A stretch of 64,000 nucleotides of DNA from Thermoplasmata archaeon (GTDB lineage Archaea; Thermoplasmatota; Thermoplasmata; Lutacidiplasmatales; UBA184): NCBI GenBank assembly GCA_049675585.1, contig JBAUAJ010000102.1, positions 109 through 64,108 on the forward strand, written 5' to 3'. The notes under the pieces are model-generated. The model had not been told where the DNA came from. It worked only from the letters and a program-made list of their open reading frames with translations, and ran no database searches. A program made the translations under genes and the position numbers. Shown piece by piece: positions 57,624-64,000 of the stretch. Within the stretch, counting starts at the first letter, position 1. Each line of letters begins with the position of its first letter.

Positions 57624-59557
57624 CTATTCTTTTCGGCGACGATAATCCGCTCCGCCCCTTCATCTCCGATCTGATTGGGAAAGCAAAACTTGAGCATCCC
57701 GAGATAGACGGTAAGTCCATCGAGAGGGAGGTTCGGGCGCAACTAGGCACGCTCGGTCACGCCCCGACATTCAACGAGGGAGAGGAGGTTGTCCAGGCCG
57801 TAGTAGGGCGGACGGTGCCCATTACGAACGTCGTTCCGCCGGTGGACTGGATTATCGATCCACCGATTGCCGAGGGCGTCGAAGGAGGACTTTTCGAAGT
57901 AAATGCGAAGGGTGAACCGAAGCACCCGGACCTCGGCGCCTTCGTAGAAACGATCCAAGGTTGCGGGTCGTTCGTCAGCGTCCTCGAGACCGACAGGCTC
58001 CTCGTGTACCGCAACGGCGTGTATGTTCCCGACGCAGAAACTCGCGTGGCCGCATGGGTAGAGCACCGATTCCGTGCAGTCGGAATGACTGCCGGCCGCT
58101 CCGTACAGGTGGTGATCGAGGGGGTCCGGAACAGGAGCGGGCCTCGGAGCCGGGCACTGTTCAACCCCGACGGCTACGTCTGCGTCGCGAACGGCGTGAT
58201 CGACCTCGCGAGCGTCATAGTCGAGCAGGTCGGCGATGGCTTCACCGAGCTAGACCTCTCGAAAGTCAAGTTACTCCCACACACCCCGGAGAAAGTGTTC
58301 ACTTGGAAGATCCCGGTTGTGTTCGACCCGTTCGCGACGGCCGAGCGGTTCTCGACGGTCTTCATTAAGATACTCCCCGAGGAGCGGGAACGTCGGCACA
58401 TCCTCGAGGCCTTCGGGTACTCGTTCTTTCGGAATCGACCGTACAAGCAATCTGAGATTTTCTGCGGCCCGGGGGACACAGGAAAGAGCGTCCTACTGAA
58501 TCTGCTCCGATTGATTCTCGGCAGCGAGAATGTCTCGACGGTGCCTCTCCAGATGCTAGAGTCGACCCGCAACCGGTTCGCTTCAGCCCAGCTCGTAGAC
58601 AAGATCGCGAACATCGCCACCGACCTCGGGGAGGAGGCCCACGCCCGAACGGGGAACTTCAAGACGCGGACGGGCGACGCCCTCGGGTTCGTCGAGGAGA
58701 AGGGCAAGGACGGCCGTACCGAACACCTAACCGCCAAGGAGTACTATTCTTGTAACACGCTCCCGGAACCGGCGACCGCCGATGACGCGTACTTCAATCG
58801 ATGGAACCCAACCGAATTCACCGTCGTCATCCCCCGAGGGGAGCAGATAGAGAACCTTGAGACGGTACTCTTCAACGCTGAGGCGAAAGGGATCCTCAAC
58901 CTGCTCCTGGAAGGGTACGCCCGCCTCAAGGCGAGAGGTCGCTTCGACCGCCAGGCGACCGAGAACGTCCGTATTTTCTGGATGAGCCGGGTCAACCCGC
59001 TCGCGGTCTTCATCGAGCAGGAGTGCGAGCGGGGACCCGGGAAGGAGGTCGAGGTCGGGGGGTTCATCGACGCGTGCGTCGAGTACGCTCTCGACAGAGG
59101 GCGCTCCCTCTCCCCCGAAGCCGTGGGAAGGAGGCTGGGGCCGATGGGGATCGGCCGACGGAAGACGAGCGAGAGAGTGCACGGGACGGCGAAGACGAGG
59201 AACATCTACTACTACACCGGTATCTCCTTGAAGGTGTCTGAGACTGCGAGTGACCTCGCCGCGGATGGCCCGCAAGAGCGTCTACGACGTGAGCCAGAGG
59301 ATGCTTCGGCGGTCTGGGGTAAGAGAGAGGTTGTAGGGCAGGTAGGGCAGGTTTTTGAGGGGTCCAACGCGGAGGCGGGCGCGCGCGCGCGCCCCCGCAC
59401 GGACTCCGAAAGTCAAACCCTACCTACCCTATTGGGCGTACCCGAACAATATTCAGATGGTGTCGACGAGAGTCCGTTCGATCCCGGGGACATTATCGGG
59501 GGGCCTACCCGGGCGGACCGTGAGCGATCGAGAATCGGTGGAAGTGGACTGCTATGA
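57620..59557 (+). CDS. D5/P4-family primase-helicase (phage/plasmid primase C-terminal NTPase)
   Basis: VCVANGVIDLAS ... LEAFGYSFFRN ... FCGPGDTGKSVLLNLLRLILG (Walker A) ... IANIATDLGEE (Walker B-like) ... YSCNTLPE, collinear with the P4-type primase NTPase region. Confidence 0.8.
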   Translation: MTILFGDDNPLRPFISDLIGKAKLEHPEIDGKSIEREVRAQLGTLGHAPTFNEGEEVVQAVVGRTVPITNVVPPVDWIIDPPIAEGVEGGLFEVNAKGEPKHPDLGAFVETIQGCGSFVSVLETDRLLVYRNGVYVPDAETRVAAWVEHRFRAVGMTAGRSVQVVIEGVRNRSGPRSRALFNPDGYVCVANGVIDLASVIVEQVGDGFTELDLSKVKLLPHTPEKVFTWKIPVVFDPFATAERFSTVFIKILPEERERRHILEAFGYSFFRNRPYKQSEIFCGPGDTGKSVLLNLLRLILGSENVSTVPLQMLESTRNRFASAQLVDKIANIATDLGEEAHARTGNFKTRTGDALGFVEEKGKDGRTEHLTAKEYYSCNTLPEPATADDAYFNRWNPTEFTVVIPRGEQIENLETVLFNAEAKGILNLLLEGYARLKARGRFDRQATENVRIFWMSRVNPLAVFIEQECERGPGKEVEVGGFIDACVEYALDRGRSLSPEAVGRRLGPMGIGRRKTSERVHGTAKTRNIYYYTGISLKVSETASDLAADGPQERLRREPEDASAVWGKREVVGQVGQVFEGSNAEAGARARPRTDSESQTLPTLLGVPEQYSDGVDESPFDPGDIIGGPTRADRERSRIGGSGLL

Positions 59558-60057
59558 CGCCTTCAGCAGGCCCTCTGCGCCACCCGACGGGTGGTCGGCC
59601 CCCCCTGTGGCCGTCCGAGCTGCTCGATCGCGCCCAGGAACTCCGGTATGGCGCGGAGCCACTCTCCTGGCCCGACATCGCTATCTCCTTCGGGTTCGAG
59701 AAGCGGACCGCAGACGCGCTCCGGCGAGCGATCGGCCGTAGGGGGACCGGCGATACTCTCTGGCGGCGCGGCGAAACCCCATTGAAGGACCTTCAGTCGC
59801 TAGCCAAGGAGTCGGACGCACTCCCTCCGGGGGTTCTTCTGGAGCCCCCGGGCGAAGCCTGTGATGAGCTGGCTATCGTCCTCCGTGACCTGGTCGAGCG
59901 CCTGCCTCGCGTGGAGGCGGAGCTTGAGCGACTCCGTGCGGAGCGAGATCTTGAGCGGGAACTCGCTGCGTTCCCCGACGACTTCTTCGCAGGGTTCCCT
60001 GGGCAGCCCGAGGCTGATCTTCCGTATGACTCCGAGACGCGGAAGCCCGATGTTTGA
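59554..60057 (+). CDS. Hypothetical protein, possible HTH
   Basis: The ATG overlaps the primase stop. LSWPDIAISFGFEKRTADALRRAI is HTH-like. Confidence 0.45.
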   Translation: MTPSAGPLRHPTGGRPPLWPSELLDRAQELRYGAEPLSWPDIAISFGFEKRTADALRRAIGRRGTGDTLWRRGETPLKDLQSLAKESDALPPGVLLEPPGEACDELAIVLRDLVERLPRVEAELERLRAERDLERELAAFPDDFFAGFPGQPEADLPYDSETRKPDV

Positions 60058-60147
60058 ATGGCGTCCTCCTCAACCCAATCTGCGGCCTCATTCTCTCGCT
60101 CCGTAGGGATACTGCAGGCGGAATCGTAAGGCGGGGGCGAGCTGGTC

Positions 60148-60525
60148 GTGAAGCCGACTGCGTGGAGGCGAGGTCGAGTCTATTACGTCCCGAAAGCCGT
60201 CCTCTCAGAAGGAGACCTTCTCGCGCTTGCGGCGAGCGAACCAGTCCGACTCCTCGCATTCCGTCGCACGTCGACTTCCGTTCCCCGCCTCGCTGTGATG
60301 AAGGAGCCACCATCCCAAGCCACTCGTCGCCAACTCCACAGGTGGAGTGAGGCCGGTAAGTCAGTCGTCTCGCCGGCCGAGTTTGTGGAGCTTCTTCGCG
60401 TGCTCAACCTTCAGGTGATCGAGGACACCAAGGGGTTCTACCGAGTGACCCGAACGGCCCAGTGGCATGCCTACGCTCGAGGTCTCCGGATGCCGGAGAT
60501 TCGCCGTCGGTCTACTCGGAAGTGA
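60148..60525 (+). CDS. Hypothetical protein
   Basis: ORF only. The internal ATG (MKEPPSQ...) is an alternative start. Confidence 0.3.
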   Translation: MKPTAWRRGRVYYVPKAVLSEGDLLALAASEPVRLLAFRRTSTSVPRLAVMKEPPSQATRRQLHRWSEAGKSVVSPAEFVELLRVLNLQVIEDTKGFYRVTRTAQWHAYARGLRMPEIRRRSTRK

Positions 60526-61069
60526 GTACCAACCCTGCGGCATAATACGTATGACGGTACTTTTAGATACCAAATTTTTTTCGGGAGCGGGTTTCCTTGA
60601 GCAAAGGTGTCGCGTATAACATGGATTATACGCGGAGCCAGGCGTTCGCAGAGCCCGTTGGACTTGCGCGTGGCCGAGGATCGGCGTATCGGGCCATCTC
60701 AGCCCCATTAGGCGCCTCCGTTCATTTGGACTGGACAGGTTCGAATCCGACCAAGTCTAGCATACGGTACATCCTCTTTCCAATCTGGATTGGTCGCATT
60801 CAACGACCGCCCCACTCCCGCCTATTCACCGGGTCGGGAGGTGGCTGCGGCGCGGAAGGGGGTAGTGGCTCGGCAACTGGAAACGCAAGTCAGAATTCCT
60901 GAGAATGTCCCCCCCCTCCGAACCAGAGGAAAGGCGACCTTCATGGCCCCGAGTGGAGTCCGAGGTTAGAAAATCGGGGCCATATCCCCGGGCGGAGTTC
61001 GTTCGGTGCGAGGACTGCCGGAAGGCCGAACGGCTCTGGTGACATCCGCCAGTCGGCCCCCGAGGCGAG

Positions 61070-61591
61070 CTATCCCCGTTCCGCGATCACACCGTGGGAG
61101 ATTCGACGGTAGGTATCGCCCGAGTTGCACAGAGCGATCCACCGCTTCATCGCAGATGCGTAGACCCTCAAGCTCCTTGATTCGAGGGGAATCGGGTCGA
61201 CCTCGCACGTGACCGTACCCGCGGCGAGATCGACGACCAAGAGGCCGAAGCCGCTCGCACGACATCGATCGGGTATCGTCCGTGCCTCGGGGACCCGTGC
61301 AACGGTTTCGGGAATCGCGAGGAACCGTTGGTGGCCCTCGTACTTCCGAAGCTGTTGTACTCCGTTGCGTCGCTCGTGAATGGCGGCATGGGACGAGCGT
61401 TCGATCTCGACCGGGATGAGAAGGACTTGGTCGACGGAGTAGCCCTGATCGGACTCGACAACTAACAAAATATCCGGCCTGCGTCTCCCTCTCGCTTGCG
61501 GTTCTTCGTGGAACAGAAGTCTCCGATCCCTGCCGTAGCTGGCTCTGAACCAACTCGCGAGCGGGTCGAGCAGGAGGGCTTCACGGGGCAT
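61070..61591 (-). CDS. Hypothetical protein, possible PD-(D/E)xK fold
   Basis: RPDILLVVESD ... LLIPVEIERS ... QLRKY is suggestive of a D...ExK-type core. Weak. Confidence 0.4.
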   Translation of the reverse strand: MPREALLLDPLASWFRASYGRDRRLLFHEEPQARGRRRPDILLVVESDQGYSVDQVLLIPVEIERSSHAAIHERRNGVQQLRKYEGHQRFLAIPETVARVPEARTIPDRCRASGFGLLVVDLAAGTVTCEVDPIPLESRSLRVYASAMKRWIALCNSGDTYRRISHGVIAERG

Positions 61592-61725
61592 ATGTATTCA
61601 ACAGTACGCGCAGGCCTTTCAGACAATCGATTGACCTCCGACGAGTAGCCCAGACGACTCGTACGGAATCGTAACTGATATCAAACCTCGTGATACCCTA
61701 CGTCGGCCGCAGGGGGTAGTGGCTA

Positions 61726-62610
61726 TTGGGATTCACTATTGATCCGTATACGGCGGCGCTGGTCGCACTGACAGTACCCTTGCTGGTCTTCACTATCTTT
61801 CCTGTCGTCAGCACTTGGTCGTTCAACTCTACGGCGCGAGATCGATGGTTCTCATACCTGGCGAACCGGATTCCGCGATTCAAGGATTTTCGGGACGTAA
61901 TCGCGGAGGGGGAGCTTCGCGGGAAGAAATCCAAGGGACGGGGCTGGAACGCGGTGTCGATTCCCTTCTTCATCTCTACCCTCTCTCCGGTGGTCTTCTT
62001 TGTTGGGATTCCCCATTCGAGTGAGGCCGTCGCAGCGGCCTACTTTACGAGTTTCGCAGTCGCACTCCTGGTGATCACAATGATTGTTCGACAGTGGTTG
62101 CGACGGGCCGCGATGAACAATCTGAATCTCGCATCCCTAGCCGGTTTCGATTTCGTGTCGAAGACCCCGAAGCCAGCATTGCGCGCGATGGATGCGTTTG
62201 AGTCGATGGAAGGTCAGCGGGCCATGTCCCCGGTCTGCATCGGGGAGCCCTTCGCATTCGCAATTTTCTTCTACACAACCATCGTCGGTTGGCCGTGGAA
62301 TCTGATCGTCGCGATTTCTCTACTCGCCGTTGGAATCTCCATTGCGGCGTATGGTTACAGTTACTATCTTGATACTCGATACGAGGCGGAGAACGCGCTT
62401 TTCGTAGCGCTGAGACATAACTTGCCGAGATTTGAAGTCCGAGCGGACGTGCTTCTCTCCAGCGGCGGCCTCTTCGCCAACGAGGTGATAGTGGCGGTCG
62501 GTCAGAAGCTCAGAATTCGAAATGACGCCGGGCGCGAGATGGACCTTCCGTGGAAGCGGATCGAAGGGCTCGGAGTCAAACCACAATGGTCTGACTCCGA
62601 TGGTAGGTAG
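61726..62610 (+). CDS. Membrane protein with several TM helices and a C-terminal soluble domain
   Basis: Hydrophobic segments: ALVALTVPLLVFTIFPVV, VVFFVGIP, FAVALLVITMIV, FAIFFYTTIVGWPWNLIVAISLLAVGISIAAYG. The stop lies 10 nt before the ATPase start. Confidence 0.55.
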   Translation: MGFTIDPYTAALVALTVPLLVFTIFPVVSTWSFNSTARDRWFSYLANRIPRFKDFRDVIAEGELRGKKSKGRGWNAVSIPFFISTLSPVVFFVGIPHSSEAVAAAYFTSFAVALLVITMIVRQWLRRAAMNNLNLASLAGFDFVSKTPKPALRAMDAFESMEGQRAMSPVCIGEPFAFAIFFYTTIVGWPWNLIVAISLLAVGISIAAYGYSYYLDTRYEAENALFVALRHNLPRFEVRADVLLSSGGLFANEVIVAVGQKLRIRNDAGREMDLPWKRIEGLGVKPQWSDSDGR

Positions 62611-62620
62611 GCGGTAGCTG

Positions 62621-64000
62621 GTGAAGATCACCCGGATAGAAGCCCAAAACTTCCTTTCCATTGGCGTCCCGGGCCTCTTGCTCCCGGATCTGGAAGATTA
62701 CACGATAATTGTAGGTCCAAACGCGAGCGGCAAGACCACGCTTTTCCGAGCGCTGGAGTTCGTTGGAGGGGTGTTCACTCGAACCGTCCTCACCCCCGAA
62801 CCGTTCAGGCATAACTTCGATCCAGCCGCCGAGCCGATTCTGAAAATCGGAGTCAAGTTCTCCGAGGAGGAAAGGGTGCTGCTTGCCGACCTAGCGGTGG
62901 CCGCCGCAAAGACTGAAGCCAGATTCGCCTCGAAGCCCGATATTGATAACAATGTAGCTCGGGAGATTGCAGGCGAACTTCTCCACTACCTCCGCGGTCC
63001 ATTCGCGGAATTGTTCTCGGAGAAGACGTACTTCCACGTCCGGGGTCAGGACAAACGCATGAATCCCCTGAACTATTTCATCGAATTTGTCACGACGGAC
63101 GGATCAATCTTTCTGACCCACAACGGGCTAACCCGGTCCAATCTACTCGTCACTGGGTGGCAGCAGATCAACCTCGGAGAAGCCCTCGTGAAAGAGCTTG
63201 AGGCGATCTATCCCGGCATCCTCGGGATTGGTGCCGCAAAAAAACCGCTGACAGTCGCTCAGATGAGCGATTTCGGTGAGAAGGTAGGAATTGGGTGGCT
63301 ACTCGCACGTTTCCATTCAAACGACCCTTACCCGGCGATCATGAGCTCGCTCGGTGTGAATTTCAACCAATACGATGGACAACCTGGGACAGCTGGCTCC
63401 GATATCGCCAAGATCCGAACATATCTCGAACGCCGTTCCTACGCCTTGGGCGGCATCGATTTGATAAACTTGGCCGCTCAAATTTTCCAGTACTCACTGG
63501 CCCGTCTGTCTGATGCTCGGTCAGCCCCCACGTCGAATCCGCTCCCACCCATCAGCAAGATCGATCCTGAGACCAGTTTGGTGGACGGTAGTTCTGTCGC
63601 GGATTCGCTTTTCCGACTGAAGAACTCACCTCTCCCGGCGGAAAGGGGACGATTCCGAATACTCGCGGAGGCCTTCCGAGAGTTCTTCAATTTCGACGTT
63701 GATGTTGTTGTAGAGACTCACTCGGTCCAGCCCGGTGCGATCACGTCGAGTAGCGGGGCGCTCCCTCTGGCGTGGGTAGATGGCAAGGTAGCTGTTCAGC
63801 CAGAGCCGAAGCCAGTTGACGTCAACGTCGCGTCATTACGATGGAGCGATGAAAAGACCGAGTTCCCATTGGGCGTCGCTGCCGCCGGGCTCTATGAGGC
63901 CCTTCTTGTCTTGTTCACGGCAATCTGCCGGGAGAATTCGATCGTCCTTCTTGACGAGCCGGCGCTCAATTTGCATCCCACAAAGCAGCGTGCCCTCGTC
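62621..64000 (+). CDS. SMC/OLD-type (AAA_15/AAA_21-like) ABC ATPase, 3'-truncated by the window end
   Basis: Hand translation from GTG 62621 (in-frame TAG at 62615-62617 upstream) stays open to nt 64000. VKITRIEAQNFLSIG...IIVGPNASGKTTLFRALEF (Walker A) ... AAAGLYEALLVLF ... SIVLLDEPALNLHP (Walker B). Absent from the ORF track because no stop lies in the window. Confidence 0.8.
   Translation, partial: MKITRIEAQNFLSIGVPGLLLPDLEDYTIIVGPNASGKTTLFRALEFVGGVFTRTVLTPEPFRHNFDPAAEPILKIGVKFSEEERVLLADLAVAAAKTEARFASKPDIDNNVAREIAGELLHYLRGPFAELFSEKTYFHVRGQDKRMNPLNYFIEFVTTDGSIFLTHNGLTRSNLLVTGWQQINLGEALVKELEAIYPGILGIGAAKKPLTVAQMSDFGEKVGIGWLLARFHSNDPYPAIMSSLGVNFNQYDGQPGTAGSDIAKIRTYLERRSYALGGIDLINLAAQIFQYSLARLSDARSAPTSNPLPPISKIDPETSLVDGSSVADSLFRLKNSPLPAERGRFRILAEAFREFFNFDVDVVVETHSVQPGAITSSSGALPLAWVDGKVAVQPEPKPVDVNVASLRWSDEKTEFPLGVAAAGLYEALLVLFTAICRENSIVLLDEPALNLHPTKQRALV

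Noticed and set aside
60730-60760. GGTTCGAATCC T-loop-like motif that could mark a tRNA fragment or the attR of the integrated element
   Set aside because: The flanking bases give only 2 bp of T stem and no acceptor stem. There is no similarity to the 3' half of the tRNA-Met at 54125-54228.

Overview
This is a high-GC archaeal chromosome segment. Spot counts give 41/60 G+C at 30001-30060. NAC, Dph2, Nop5, a PAC2-type chaperone, class-II-like HMG-CoA reductase, GyrB and GrpE together suggest Thermoplasmatota, which is an inference. All family calls come from reading motifs in the supplied translations; no searches were run.

The core genes are densely packed and often translationally coupled through ATGA/GTGA overlaps. 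They include purA, an aminotransferase, three tandem GT4 glycosyltransferases, an M20 peptidase, PAC2, GNAT, CBS, nac, Nudix, dph2, pdxT, hmgA, grpE, gyrB, mtaD, an LplA-like ligase, a redoxin, nop5, an SDR, a crotonase, ABC-2 transporter genes and an acetolactate-synthase-like TPP enzyme. Many long R/G/P-rich ORFs in the track are antisense or out-of-frame shadows.

Five accessory features interrupt the core:
1. An IS630 element (722-1830) with an A8 -1 frameshift site, inserted at the stop codon of a TNT-like toxin-domain gene.
2. A single-ORF IS66-family element (9153-10681) with perfect 13-bp inverted repeats and an intact 8-bp target duplication, flanked by decayed gene remnants.
3. A visibly lower-GC island (about 15.3-22.8 kb; 28/60 G+C at 19561-19620), followed by a serine recombinase, an orphan DNA methyltransferase and an RHH module, ending at tRNA-Val.
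4. An integrated element starting at an intron-containing initiator-type tRNA-Met (54125), with a tyrosine integrase and a D5/P4-type primase-helicase.
5. A terminal accessory module with an SMC/OLD-type ATPase gene (62621 to the window end) that the ORF track misses.

The best candidate for an undescribed system is the coupled operon at 15994-19335 inside the low-GC island. It encodes a wHTH protein, a 730-aa fusion (SIR2 NADase domain, Panacea/DUF4065-like domain, degenerate PRTase domain) and a stand-alone orotate-PRTase-like enzyme. Downstream lie a glycine-zipper protein and a PD-(D/E)xK-like protein.
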